Both the position numbers and the translations under genes were made by a program. The notes beneath the pieces are model-generated. The model was given only the letters and a program-made list of their open reading frames with translations. It was not told where the DNA came from and did no database searches. A stretch of DNA of 61,974 bases, filler included, from Dirinaria sp. TL-2023a (taxonomy: Eukaryota), in assembly GCA_051941275.1 (NCBI GenBank). It is 16 parts of 16 records of this genome, joined end to end, with 100 filler letters (N's around TTAATTAATTAA, not from the genome) between each part and the next. Parts side by side here need not be neighbours in the genome. Positions count along the whole stretch, not along the records: positions 46,682 to 50,434 come from JAVEBF010001971.1; positions 50,535 to 54,286 come from JAVEBF010001972.1; positions 54,387 to 58,135 come from JAVEBF010001973.1; positions 58,236 to 61,974 come from JAVEBF010001974.1; 12 more parts are not named here. The stretch is one strand, 5' to 3'. Numbering within the stretch: position 1 is the stretch's first letter; every line of letters starts with the position of its first letter. Shown piece by piece: positions 47,026 through 59,340 of the stretch.

Positions 47026-49306
47026 TCACAGCTTGCTGGCACAACAGACCTGGCCGTCGCCCGCGATCTTCCCCTCCACTGACGGCTGCTTATGCTGTTC
47101 GCTCAGCAATGTGCTCCGGTTGATTTCCTGGCGACTGGGCGGTACGTCGAGGGACGGGTTCTTCTCGAAGAAGTTGGTCGGCTTGAAACTGACCCGGATG
47201 ATCTCGCACGGCATGATGGGGAAATCCTCGATTCTCGTACTGTGCTGCAAGCCGAACTGCACAAACAGCACCAGGTCCGTGTCGACAATGTCTTCCTTGC
47301 GATCCGCCCAAGCACGGACTCCGGCCCCTCCTCGGGATTGGTTCGTGTACTTCCCCCCCGCGTACAACTCGCCATCGTGGTAGCGCACGGCGTAGATGTT
47401 GTGATCTGCGAACTCGGCGCGCTTGAAATGGAAGCTGTCGGAATCGGCAATGATCTTTTGGAAAGGAGGAGCAGAGATCTTGTATGCGACCGGTTTACCA
47501 TTGATGGGGTTGCGAACGGAAGCGTTCTGGATCTTGAAAGTTCTGTTAGCGTTATAATCGATGTCGAGACCGGCAGAGGTGGGAACCAGGGTCTCGTCAA
47601 TGGTGTACCCTGTGCCATTCGGATTGAAGTCCGAACGTGGCATTGGGTTCGCTTCTTCGTAGACCAGGCGGTTTTCATGGCCATCTATGGCGGGATCGAC
47701 GCGAAGGGAGAATATATGCTGGTGATGGGAAGCGAGGACGCCGGGATGAACGACGGTGCCCCAGGGTACGGATACTCCTGGGTCGATGGGCTGAGTGCTG
47801 AGGATGCCCGTTGCGCGGACTTCGTAATTCATTTCCCCGGCTTGGTTGAATATGAAGGCCGTGATGTATTCGTAATTGGCGATAGTCATGATAGACTGAA
47901 CAACGAGCTCCCGGTTGCGGACTACAGCTGCTCGGCCAGTACGGTAATTGGTGTGTTTCCAACCAATGCCCGCGTCTTGCTCGTGTATGCAGACGACATT
48001 CTCCATTGGCAAGGGCTCGCCGCAATCATTTGAGAGGATGGCACTCAAGTAGTAGATAGAGCCAAGGCAATCGCAGCCAAGCTTGAGGTTGTTGGCCGTC
48101 ATGCCAGCGCCTGCGTCGCCAAGGTCAAAAGCTGCTTTTCGGTTGAATGGTTTCCTCGGATCAGCATATGGTATATTCATGTCCGACATCGAAAGACGGT
48201 AGAAAAGGCTTCTTCCATCATATCGAACCTACAGAGCCAACTATAAGCGTGCTAAAAGTGTCGAGCAAGGGTGATTGCATACATCGTACAGTACCGGGCC
48301 TTCACGCTGGTTAAAGCCAGCACGGAATGACCATTTCTGCCACTCGACAATCTCCCCCGTTTCACCAGCTTTCGTAATTTGGAAGCTGGCCCCTTCGGGT
48401 TGGACTACATTCAGAGGCTTCAAATCCGTTCTCAGGGTTTGATACTCAGGTGCATATTCGCTGGGTGCAAGAATCTCAACAGGCTCCGGTTCCTTGGAAA
48501 AATGATCCGGGCCCGTAGGCAGGTAGTCGATCCGGGAGACTTTGAGATCCACAGCGTCTATCACAGGGGAAACTGGTAAAGGGAAAGCATAGTGGTTTGA
48601 GTGGACGTCTGATAAATTCCCTGGATCACGCATGTACAAGTATAATTGGAACATGCGCCGGTCATCTTGGATTCCATCGGATCCTAGATCATATTAACAA
48701 TGGTGTCTCGTTGGCGAGTACAAGACTGGGAAGCTCGAACCGTAGGTCCAAGGATCGCTGACGATTGCGGATCCTTCTGGAAGCCCCAATCGGGCGATTT
48801 CTCTTTTGACTCTCTCGTCCTCAAGAGCTATCTTCTCGACCAGGATGATCTCCTCTGCGTCCGCAGCGCCGTGAATGTTTCCGCCAAGCCGAATATTGCT
48901 CTCCACTCGCCTACGGCTCAGGCTGACTACGGCCTCATGGAATTTGTCCTGGACATTTCTGATTCAGCACCTAGTCCTAAAGCGTTCAAATGGTGTATAA
49001 GAATGAGATGTTCGAACTCACAGTGTTGCGGATATAGTAGCAAACAAAGGCCTTCCTGTCAATACTGGGTAGTGCCCGACCATTGTGCTCGGCTTCAAGA
49101 TACGGCACCAATTGGGCCTTCTCTGGCTCTTCTAGGGTGATGGCTTTGAAGTGGAAGTTCGTAGCTGATGGATAGAGACCATGGATCAAGTCTCTGGCCT
49201 GGATGATCTCGGAAGCAGTCAAAGGAGATAAAGGATGTGAGGCAGTACGCTTTACTGCCCCCACCTGAGAGGTAGTGAAAGTACTTGATACTTGGTTGGT
49301 CTCCAT
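47026..49306 (-). CDS. Copper amine oxidase, predicted peroxisomal
   Basis: Multi-exon: HPLSPLTASEI, DPWTYG, NNLKLGCDCLG, TPQ consensus ANYEY, Cu ligands HHQHIFSLR and QHSTRIEDFPIMP, C-terminal PTS1 SKL. Confidence 0.96.
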
Positions 49307-49853
49307 GATGAGAATATGTAAGAGAGATAGAGAATAGCAAGAGATGTGGTAGAAGATGTGTTTGATATATGACTGGTTTTTTCCAACGCTCGTAGGGAAT
49401 GGCGCACTGACTGTATCAGTTCGGCAATGAAGGAAGGAGATAGGATCCGGTCAGTGCAATCAGGGCATCAGCTAGTGAAATGGCATAACGGCTTATGCAA
49501 GCTTCCCTAGCAGTAAGTAAAAAGTGAATGGAAGGGCATGCGAGGGACTAGCAAGTCCAAAGTACCTTACTTTGGAAAGGAAGTGGCGACCAGGATCGAG
49601 GTGCTTCTTCCACGCATTCGATACTGCGGGAAGCAGTAGTAGTAAGGTAGTAGTCACACGGTAAGGTAATGTAGGTGATGTACCTATCGCTGCAACCTTG
49701 ACGCTTTTCGACTACAGTACACTACCTTACGGCCACGGTAATCTGGGTTGTAGGAAGGGAGGGGGGGACCCTCGGAGGCCTAGGCCGTGTGTCCAGGCAC
49801 TTATCATACAAGTACTGGTACTAAGGTAAGGTAAGGTACTGTACTACTGGTGC

Positions 49854-49902
49854 TGGGTACTGGGTACTGGGTACTGGGTACTGGGTACTTGGGTACTGGG
49901 TA
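49854..49902. repeat. Heptamer tandem repeat (TGGGTAC), about 7 copies, upstream of the amine oxidase
   Basis: Read directly; one unit has a 1-nt insertion. Confidence 0.9.
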
Positions 49903-50681
49903 TGAACCAGAACCTGAAAGCGTCTGGTGCAGCAATCATTTCGGCCTTGGAAACATCCACCAGCTATGGTGTGCAACCAACCTGGAAGTCGCGAGTGACA
50001 ACCAGAAAGCGTTTAGCAAAGTGGGGTCGATTACCTGACCTTCCCCAACTGAACCGGCCATGACGGGGGACCTAAAAAGCACCTAGGTAAGGTACATTAA
50101 AGTACATTACATAGCTAAGGTAGGGCAGTGGTGGTCGGTGGTCGTGGAAGGTGGTCGTGGTAGTAGCGTGCAAGGAAGCGAAGATTGCCAGGAGGGATCC
50201 ATGCCCTGGGGCAATCGACAGCCCCGATAGAGTAAGAAGGCAGGTGGATGTCGTTGAACCGGAAAGTTTGAGCAAGCCGGACTTGTCTCGCTCAGGCAGG
50301 TCCTTCCGAAGGGAAAAGGCATCGTCCTTTTCGCCCGCGTCAGCCAAGGAAATCTAAATGTGACAGGTCGCCGAGCTCGCGTTGCTCGATGCTGATTGCT
50401 GCGAGGCTCAACGAGGGGGAGGACTGAGGAGGGGNNNNNNNNNNNNNNNNNNNNNNNNNNNNNNNNNNNNNNNNNNNNTTAATTAATTAANNNNNNNNNN
50501 NNNNNNNNNNNNNNNNNNNNNNNNNNNNNNNNNNGCAGTGGTGAGGTTTCGTGTTCGGGGTTCTGATTTTCTTTCCACTCTCTATCTCGTTGCCGAGTTA
50601 TGAACACGGAGAGAGAGTAACGAATTGGAAAGAAGAGAAGCATCAGGAGATCGGTGATTCTTCCGTCAATCATCAGCCAGT

Positions 50682-50709
50682 AGCAGCAGCAGCAGCAGCA
50701 GCAGCAGCA
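50682..50709. repeat. (AGC)9 microsatellite
   Basis: Read directly. Confidence 0.9.
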
Positions 50710-52313
50710 CATAGAGTAAGTCTGCAGAAATCTGGCGGCGTATCGTTTATCCGATCGAGAGAGGAGGACCCTCGTACCTAAGGTAAAGTAGAGAGAGTGT
50801 TCTTGTCAAGGGAACACTTTTTGGGTTTTGTAGGTGGGTAGAGAGAAAAGAGAGAAGCAGAAACCGCCTGGCCCGGCACGGCACCTGACTCATGTTGTGC
50901 CATCGAGATCTGAGATCTTTGCTAGAAAAGCTGATAATCAAGTGCTTCAGAATTCTAGTGGAAATTCTAGTGGAAGTGGCAAGGTTCACAAAAGGTCCGA
51001 CCCATCGCGTCGCGTTTGTTGATTTGTAGGGGAATTTTCGAACAATAGACGAGATAGGCTCGATAGGGTACCGTATTTGAATTTTTTGTCCCCCCCTGGA
51101 TTTGGCGCGCTCGCAACATGTGCGCAGAAATTTGCCAAGAAAACCAAAGTATCTACATCGGGAAGATCAGTACCGCATGCGGCTTAAGGTAAATGGTAGG
51201 GCCACTGGGCCAGCCATTGCTAAGGTATGCGGTTCGTTCATGGCTCTACGGCGGCGACGACGGCAAAAGTGAATACGCGCTGTGTAGACACGTCGAGTTG
51301 GAGCTAGCAAGGACGGGGTGCCCGGCTGGCTGATCGCGTGATTTGCTCGTCTTTCCTCTCGTGGGGTTGTTCGGAAGTAAAGATCGATGGGTGTTTCATT
51401 GGGCCATCTTCCTTCCGAGTACGGGGATCCCCAGAGGCCGATCAATCATAAGCTGTTGTCGAAACCTACAGTGACAAAGGAATTAGTCTTTACGTGCATG
51501 TGGCCACTGGTCACAGTGGTCAGGCTGGTGAGTGGTGAGAAGCTCACTAACCGCACGGCAAAGATCGGTTGCACGAGGCAGATCGGAGCTTTTGTTGGAG
51601 GCGTTCGATCACAAGCTAAGGGGCTGGCGCTAATTGATGCCGCTGCCACCGCCGCTCCAAGCAAGGTACCAAGATTCATGGACCTCCAGCGATGCAAGCA
51701 GTCGAATTCCCACCCACACCCTCGATGGCACAAGATCTGAAGCTCGAGGAAGTAACGTAGGCCACGAGCCCGCTCCGAATCCTGAATAGCCCCTCTGCTG
51801 TCTCGCGATCGTAGTTACGGTTGATCCTAGAGGATTCTTTGCTGGGATTTTTCTCTTGAACGGAACATTGTTGATATAATACGCTGGAGCCACGATATTT
51901 TGTACCATCTTCCATTTCAAGCCGACAAGGCTGACTCCGCCTGTCGCTTTACACCCCCATACCTCAGAGGTCGCTGAACTTTGCTCTCACGAGCGTTGCC
52001 TCGTAGATTGACGGGTGAGTATCCAGGAATAACAGACTTCGATTTCTATGATGAGCAGGGCAAAGCAGAAACCCAGTATCGCCGATGTGAAAGTACTGTA
52101 CAATTGTGGTCGCATCTATTACAACTATAATTAGAGGTGAGTATCAGGAAATGCCAATCATAAGGCGTCGAGAAACTTTTGGTCGATGCAACCCGCTTGC
52201 CCCACCCAGTCTAGAATAATCCTCCGCTAAATCGCTTGATCGTCCTTTAGCCCTGAACTCCTACCTATAACGTTGAGTATGCTAGCATAAACGCCAGGTC
52301 TGCGCCTGACACA

Positions 52314-53968
52314 TCACGGAAAATTGTCGATCTCTGGGGCCGTGCACTCCATAGCCGGGACAAAGCTCGCTAATAAGCTGGGATACCTGTCTTTCGTGGG
52401 CCGTTCAATGCAACTCACGGCTCGTCGTTGGGCGTAGGCATCTATTGAGCCATTGGCGACAGCTTCTTGTCGTTTTTGAGAGACACGAATCATGCGGAAT
52501 GCATCATCATCGTCTGCTCCATCCCTGCTTCCCCATGCAGTCTGCACGGGCCATTAGCACAATCCCGGGATTCAAATGCATGTGAAAATGATTCAGATGT
52601 GATTCAGTGATTCAGCCGGGAGTAAAGGAGTGGGACAACTTTGAAACGGTGGGTTCGGCTTACCACATTCAAGGACAGCATGGCGTAAACTTTGATCACC
52701 AGGCTGTGGAAGTAGCCGAAAAGTATCGACACCGGTAATAAAAGAAAATCCGCCGGATATCTGATATAGTGACCTATCAATTTGACGAACTTGCTCACGA
52801 ACATGAAGACAACCAGAGCGATGAGCCCAAGCTTGTGCAAGTCATGGCTCCATTGCGATGCTGCTTGGAAGTAGAGGTAAAAGAGCAGGCAATCGCACAC
52901 AAACGCCCACTGGGTTAGAGTCGTCAAGTGTACTGCATATGTGCTCCACGGTTGCCATCTATCAAACAGTTATTGGAAAGTCCACAAGTGACTGCGAGAG
53001 CATTCCTGCCCAGCTCACCTCCATATATGGCCATCCCGAAACATGCTCGTGATGTTACTCCGCCAATTACTTCGTGACCAACGCAAACACTGCTTGAGAA
53101 ATTTGGCATTATCTTCCAGAGTAGTCTGCACTTCGGCTTCTTTGTGATACTGATATGCTATTTTTTGACCGTGAGATACCAGCCATCTGGTGATAAAGTT
53201 GTCGTCGTCCGCATTCAGCTGATACTGTCCAAGCCACTCTTCGTGCGTGAATCCATGAGTAAATGCATCGTCTCGCAGGATTTTGGTGCGATAGGCCACC
53301 GTCCTACCGGACAGACAGGGTAAGCCACCGTCAATGTACATACAGGCCGCACAGTCAAAGTTTCTTCGTTCCAAATAGAGAGCTCCAAGGTAACCCCAGA
53401 GCCTCTGCCGAAACGTTGGAGCCTCAGCCCGCCGAAGCCTCTGATTCGTGCCTACTCCACCATACGATTCATCTTCTAATGGAGCCAACATCCACGGCAA
53501 CAGCTTTTTGGGCCAGCTCACATCGTCATCGGCAAATACGGTTATCTCTGTCTTGACCTCAGGAATGGCGCGGACCATTTGACGTCGTTTGTTGGGATGG
53601 GCCACGCTATAAATGCGGACCTTTGAGGTGCCCATACTCTTCACCATTAAATTCGCCCGCAATAAGTTTGCGTCAATTGTTACTAAGATAATCTCAAATG
53701 GTTCCGTGGCGAGGATGCTTCGAATAGAGTCCCAGAGCTCTCCTCCAGCTCCCTCGAGCGAAGGGATGACCACTGTAACGTCACTCGAAGTTAAGCGAGG
53801 ATTCTCCGGTATAGAGATTGGTCGAAGTCTGCAGAAGGCGAACAGATTGACAACCAAGCGGAGATAACGGTACAGACTTGAGAAATCAGTAAGGAAAACG
53901 GGGACGCAGCAATCAGTCACCCAGACGACTTACAATAAGGAGACGAAGAGGTCGAGATTGGATAGCAT
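52314..53968 (-). CDS. CPS1: GT2 polysaccharide synthase, Cps1-like
   Basis: Four exons: MLSNLDLFVSLF/LYRYLRLVVN, PNKRRQM, FADDD, CLSGRT, ADDDNFITRW, QCLRWSRSNW (QxxRW), C-terminal TM helices and TAWGSRDGAD. Confidence 0.9.
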
Positions 53969-55082
53969 GATGAAATCAAACGAGGGTGCGCAATAAGGTT
54001 TGCAATTAGTAAACAACGAGATGATGACATGAGCGAGTGGATGGAGAAGAATTTACAGGAGGTATATAGTGGGAGGGAGCCCGACACGATGGAGCATCGT
54101 CTGCAAAACTCCATCACACAGAGATTAATAGGGCGTATCTGGGTTCAAGAACAGAAGAAATTGCCTAGTGTCGCGCAAGTCGATGGTTGTTTTCAGACGA
54201 AACTGGTCTGGTGCATGGAGCTATTGTCAGAGATCAAGCCATTCCTCAAGCCTCAGGTTACCATTGCCATAATCATGAGCAAGATCNNNNNNNNNNNNNN
54301 NNNNNNNNNNNNNNNNNNNNNNNNNNNNNNTTAATTAATTAANNNNNNNNNNNNNNNNNNNNNNNNNNNNNNNNNNNNNNNNNNNNGCCCCCCCCTCACC
54401 CCTGGTTGTTGCCGCTCACCCAAGACGTCAGGGTCGCGCTCCCTTAAACCCTTTAGTCAATCCGCCGTCATCACTCAACCGGCACCCTTGACTCTTTCTT
54501 ACCTTACCACTATCCTACCCTATCCTATCCTACCCTTACCTTACCTTACTACTACCTTCCTTTACTTTCCCAATACTCCGTACTTTCCCCAACTTCTTTT
54601 GACTCTTTGCGCCCACCCCAGATCGTATGACTTGTAATTTTTGAGCGATTTTTCCGACTTCTTCAGGTGTTGCGATCTCTTCCAACACCTTGTAATCATT
54701 CGCTCGCGTCTTCTTGGTCTTCATTCTGCCCGGTCTTTACCACCACGCCTTGCGCCTTCCGTCGACACCCCCGAGTACAGTCCACCACTCCACACAGACC
54801 CCCACCTGTCGTTAGCATTCACCAAGTTGAGCAACATAAGGTAGTCAGGACGGCCTTTCTACTTGACTCATCTCGAACTTTTCACACGTGTCCCACGACA
54901 CTTCTATCGAAAAGGCTGTGCCCCTAAAGTCAAATAGGTGTATAGTGTTTATATCCTGCAGGGCAGTGATCGGAATTCGCTCACAGTTCAATGCGCAAGG
55001 CCGCTTGTGAACTTCCAGCAAAGCACCGTGACCGCACTTCCAGTCAGATCTTTACCTTGCGGCCGTGGCCGTGTCGCATGGC

Positions 55083-57272
55083 ATGTTTCTACTCCCTTGG
55101 AGTAGTGGGACGGGGAGCGACAAGGTTCTACCAAGGGAGGGAAAGGTCCCAACAACAAAACCTCGGACATCTCCCGTCATACAAATACCCCTCCTAAACA
55201 AAGCGAAGAGAAAAAGGGAGAGCGATGGAACAGGAAATGAAAATGCTGAGATAAGGCCAATAAAGAGACGGACGCCAGAGGAGGCTCCCCACATCCCAAA
55301 GGTTCCAGCAAACATGGGTGTTCTTGTCTCGCCAGCTCCAAACTTTTCGCAAGGTAACAACGATTCTCCATCACCCAGACCAAGGAATAGCGTCGGGAAA
55401 TCCGCCGATGTGAGTCATGTTGGAAGTGGCCAGAACGCCTCTATCCCAGAGACTTCTCCAGAGCAAACTATGCTCAAAAATCAAGACTGTAAAAAAATTC
55501 CAAGATCTCTAGGTGAGCCTGACAGCAGCCTCGACCTTGAGAAACGCAATAAGAGTGCTGATATGCGTAAAGATCCTGGAACACTTACCAAGCTGCAACA
55601 AACCATCGAATCGCAATTCAACCTTGAGATCCTGCTCAAACATCGCGAACTGCGTCTAATAGACCAGGAGCTTGCGAAGTGTCAGATAGCTTTAGAGCAG
55701 CTTCAACGATGCCATGTGATGCCTTATCCAGCAACAACATCGGATCCAACAACAATGTCCACCGTCAGTCAAGGCGCGGGACCATCCTACAAGAGTGAAG
55801 CTGAGCATGCGCCGCCTTGGGGTGTGACTGAAGGCCCATACTCTCGACACTATGCCAAGTGGCTGATACCGGATCCAGCTTTTGGAGATGACACTTCCGA
55901 CGAATCACAACTGCGTGGAAGTGGCAAAGGCTTGCCCGAGCGAACCAGCCGAGGCGGCAAATTCCAAAGGGCCACTGGTGGGATGTCCTCCCGTGCTCAG
56001 CGAGGCTCCGCTCGGGAAAGGTTGCAAGCCTTGCCTCACGGATACCCCGAACCAAAGGAAAACAAAGGACCGATGATTGTGAAGCGTTCTACTGATGGCC
56101 AGATGGTGAAGCTAGTGTGTCTAGATTGTCGTCGAGAAGACTTCAACAGTGCTCAAGGATTCATCAATCACTGTCGGATTGCTCACAGTCGAGGATTCGC
56201 GAGCCATGATGCGGCTGCCATTGCATGTGGTGAAGAAACCGAGGTGGATCCTGCAAGTGGTCCAATAGGAGAGGGTCCTAGCTCCGCCAGTGCTAGCGCG
56301 GGTCTAGTACACCCTCTTATTAGGTCTGCTCATTTGACACGGACAAATCCTACGGTCGCGACGCCTCTTTCAAAGAAGGGGTCAGAGCACCGTGATCGTA
56401 GGAGTTCAGAACGCAACACTCGCCATGCTGGTTCAGTCGGCGTATCTAGCACGCGGAAACCAGGCGCTGTGCTTTCAGCGGCCAGCGAAAAGAACGAAAC
56501 TCCATTCAAACCCTCTCCTCACACTCCTCATCTCTCTGCTTTATATGCAAGAAGTGGATTAGGTGGAGATCTAGATGAGATGGTTACGGAAGCTACGAAG
56601 AAACAGGAGCCTGAGACCCCACTTCCCGATGACGATGAGGAAGATGACCAGGAAATGGAGGAGGCCCCTGAGCACATGGTCGGACACCACACGCTGGGCA
56701 CTCGTGGGTTGTTGAGGGGTGGAGGGCGTCTTCCAGCTCGATCTGGTCTTTCTCCCGCACCGATGCAACGGACGCCGAGCAACAAGAGCACCAGTACTAC
56801 TCATCGAAAGCCTGGGCATCTCCACACGTCTTTACCCAACACAAGCGATTCTTATCACTACAACGGCCCAATTTTGGCTGAAGCAACCCAAAGCTATAAC
56901 CATCACTCAACTCACCACGATCACAGCCCATCAGATACAAATCAAACCTTGAATCTTAGTCCCAACACCATCGAATCTCATCCTGCGCCCAGTCTAGTCT
57001 TCGACGACGAAGATTATCAGAACACGCATTCCGACTCCGACTTACCTAGCTCAGGTGCCGTGTCCGAGGACGATGACTCTTTGGATGTGGAAGTCAAAGA
57101 GCACGACCAGCACGACCAGCATGCCATGGATATTGACGAGACGGCCGAGTCATCTACTGCTGATTTTGGCTTGGAGAAGGCGGGCCATGGCCAACGGCCG
57201 AGGCATAATAGAGAAGCAGCTGCGAGTCAGCCGAGAAGACCCCGAGCAAGGGCGAGAAAGGGTGGGAAATAA
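55083..57272 (+). CDS. Ahc1-like protein (ADA histone acetyltransferase complex component) with C2H2 finger
   Basis: Intronless. QFNLEILLKHRELRLIDQELAKCQIALEQL coiled coil, GPYSRHYAKWL, and VKLVCLDCRREDFNSAQGFINHCRIAH. Confidence 0.85.
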   Translation: MFLLPWSSGTGSDKVLPREGKVPTTKPRTSPVIQIPLLNKAKRKRESDGTGNENAEIRPIKRRTPEEAPHIPKVPANMGVLVSPAPNFSQGNNDSPSPRPRNSVGKSADVSHVGSGQNASIPETSPEQTMLKNQDCKKIPRSLGEPDSSLDLEKRNKSADMRKDPGTLTKLQQTIESQFNLEILLKHRELRLIDQELAKCQIALEQLQRCHVMPYPATTSDPTTMSTVSQGAGPSYKSEAEHAPPWGVTEGPYSRHYAKWLIPDPAFGDDTSDESQLRGSGKGLPERTSRGGKFQRATGGMSSRAQRGSARERLQALPHGYPEPKENKGPMIVKRSTDGQMVKLVCLDCRREDFNSAQGFINHCRIAHSRGFASHDAAAIACGEETEVDPASGPIGEGPSSASASAGLVHPLIRSAHLTRTNPTVATPLSKKGSEHRDRRSSERNTRHAGSVGVSSTRKPGAVLSAASEKNETPFKPSPHTPHLSALYARSGLGGDLDEMVTEATKKQEPETPLPDDDEEDDQEMEEAPEHMVGHHTLGTRGLLRGGGRLPARSGLSPAPMQRTPSNKSTSTTHRKPGHLHTSLPNTSDSYHYNGPILAEATQSYNHHSTHHDHSPSDTNQTLNLSPNTIESHPAPSLVFDDEDYQNTHSDSDLPSSGAVSEDDDSLDVEVKEHDQHDQHAMDIDETAESSTADFGLEKAGHGQRPRHNREAAASQPRRPRARARKGGK

Positions 57273-58357
57273 TCGATTTACGTGTCTTTGGAGTTCAGAG
57301 ACCGCTTCATTCACCGATCATGGTACCCACAGCAGCAGCAACCATTTCTTGCGAAGATTGTATTATCATTTTTTGCATGGCATTTTCTCTATCACTGTTC
57401 TATTCCAGCAAGCGAGGTGTTCTGGGAGTTTTGTTCTTGTCCGGATTATTCTCTAGAGGGAGGCAGAGAGAGAGGGAGACTATGATAGCACATTCTATTT
57501 GGCATCCCATGTGGCAGGCGGCACACTGTTCCTTGACTATTGCTATCAAGAATGCCTCGTTATTTTGAGTAGGAGGCGGACGAAGCGGTATTTATTGAGA
57601 AAATAAATATCAGGTTGGGTAACCTACCTTACCTTAAGGTACTCTAGGCGGACGAGTATATCATTAGCCCTACCTACCTAGGTACTTGAGTACTGGAATC
57701 TGCTTTAGACACCCACACACCCAGAGCTGAGCTGGGAAAGTAGTAGTATAATGAATGATCAACTTTGCCTTTTTATTGGCATTCCATCCCTTTTTTTTTT
57801 TTTTTCTTCTTCTTTCAATATTTTCAAAGAAACAGATCCGTCCTATCTTCCTTTTCTCCCCCCCTCTCCTTTTTTCTCCCCCTTTTTAAACTTCTGGTTC
57901 TGTTTTCTCTGCCAGCTACCTTAGTATTGAATGCGTGAGTGGTATCAAGGTTTTGAATCGAATCTACTTGTTCTAAGAGAAGAGGGTGGTTGTATAGAGG
58001 GATGTTTTCTTTCACCTTTTAACTCTCTACTCTTTCATCCGAAACGATGCAGATATGTATCCTTTTCCTTTTCCTTTTTTTTTTTTTTTTTTTTTTTGGC
58101 TTTGCCTTGATTGTATGGTATTGTATCTTCTCTCCNNNNNNNNNNNNNNNNNNNNNNNNNNNNNNNNNNNNNNNNNNNNTTAATTAATTAANNNNNNNNN
58201 NNNNNNNNNNNNNNNNNNNNNNNNNNNNNNNNNNNCCCAACTATAAAACCCCGCCCTCTCCTCCCCTCCTCCACTGTTCCACATCCCAATCCCAATCCAA
58301 AAGACCCTATCTATCCCATCCAACCCAAAAAATAAACCAACAACCCAACCAGAAAAA

Positions 58358-58573
58358 ATGCCCGAACTCTCCAGCACATCCCATACCGAGCGCGCCAGCA
58401 CTCCCCCCCAAAAAGGCAGAGAAAGCAGCGCAGAAAGCGCCGCTGCTAAGGTTGGTAGTGGTAGTGGTAGTGGTAGTGGGAACAACCGGGACCGGCCGAA
58501 ACCGGAACCGTGGGCGCCCCCGCGACCGCCGAGACCGGATGCCCCGCAGGGGGATGTTGCGCCTGCTGCTTAG
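58358..58573 (+). CDS. Candidate 71-aa low-complexity microprotein
   Basis: TATAAAA at 58242, a C/A-rich leader without upstream ATG, AAAAAAATG start context, and a GC-rich ORF between low-complexity flanks. No homology recognised. Confidence 0.4.
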   Translation: MPELSSTSHTERASTPPQKGRESSAESAAAKVGSGSGSGSGNNRDRPKPEPWAPPRPPRPDAPQGDVAPAA

Positions 58574-58779
58574 GGTGGGTTTTCTTTCGTTTATTTTTGC
58601 TTCGGGAGAAGGGGGAAATGGGGGGTGTAAAGTTTTGATTATTAGAGGGAAAGGAGTGTAAAGAGAAGGGAGGAAGGGGAGGGGAGGGAAGTGGAGGAGT
58701 AGATAGATAGGTACAAAGCCTTTCTGCACACTGTGTGTGTGAGTTTGAAAATTTGCATCCGTGTCTACAAATGACGTGG

Positions 58780-59269
58780 GAAAATCCCCTTGGAAAAGTC
58801 AGGAAACTGTCTGTTTATTTTTTCCTTCTTTTTTTTTTTCTTTTTTGGTGAGGCGGCGGCGGCGGCTGAGAGTGAAGATACACCATCTACTGTGCGCAAG
58901 AAGGCGACGCTATTCATTCTGTATGTATGTCTGCTCATCATAGCAATCTTGTCCTGTTTCTCGCGGAGGAAGAGAGAAAGGAAAAAAAACCAACCAAAAA
59001 AAACAACAACAACAACAAAAACAAACCAAAAAAGGCGCATAGTGAGCTGTATACAGCCTTTGATTCATCTTTGACAGAGGCGGGCGTTCAGCTTCTTTTA
59101 TTGTGCAGCGGGAATCCAGGGTATTATTATCAAATAATCTCTGATTCTATAAAAAAAAAGAAGAAGAAAAAAAAAAAGGAAATGGATATGGGGTCCGGTC
59201 TGGCGTTTGGGGAGAGGGAGAGGAGTGATGGATGTATTTCTCATTTTCTTTCTTCCGTTGTTTTTGTTT

Positions 59270-59301
<32 letters not shown>

Positions 59302-59340
59302 TTTTTTGGTGTTTTCCTATTCTTCAGATTGGATGATTAG
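58780..59340. repeat. Low-complexity poly(A)/poly(T)/(AAC)n region
   Basis: Long homopolymer runs; the poly-Phe and poly-Lys ORFs here are by-products. Confidence 0.85.

Noticed and set aside
47092..48033. 313-aa plus-strand ORF and similar antisense ORFs over the TPP, SET, RCC1 and MFS genes
   Set aside because: They are antisense shadows of GC3-rich coding sequence with no independent motifs.
49854..49902. Telomeric repeat
   Set aside because: The unit is TGGGTAC rather than TTAGGG, and it is internal to a promoter region.
15674..50434. Secondary-metabolite cluster made of ADH, hydrolase, methyltransferases and amine oxidase
   Set aside because: The genes lie on different, size-sorted contigs and no backbone synthase is present.
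3845..58235. Regularly spaced TTAATTAATTAA repeats as a CRISPR-like or biological array
   Set aside because: Each copy is embedded in N runs of fixed length and stops all six frames; it is an assembly linker.
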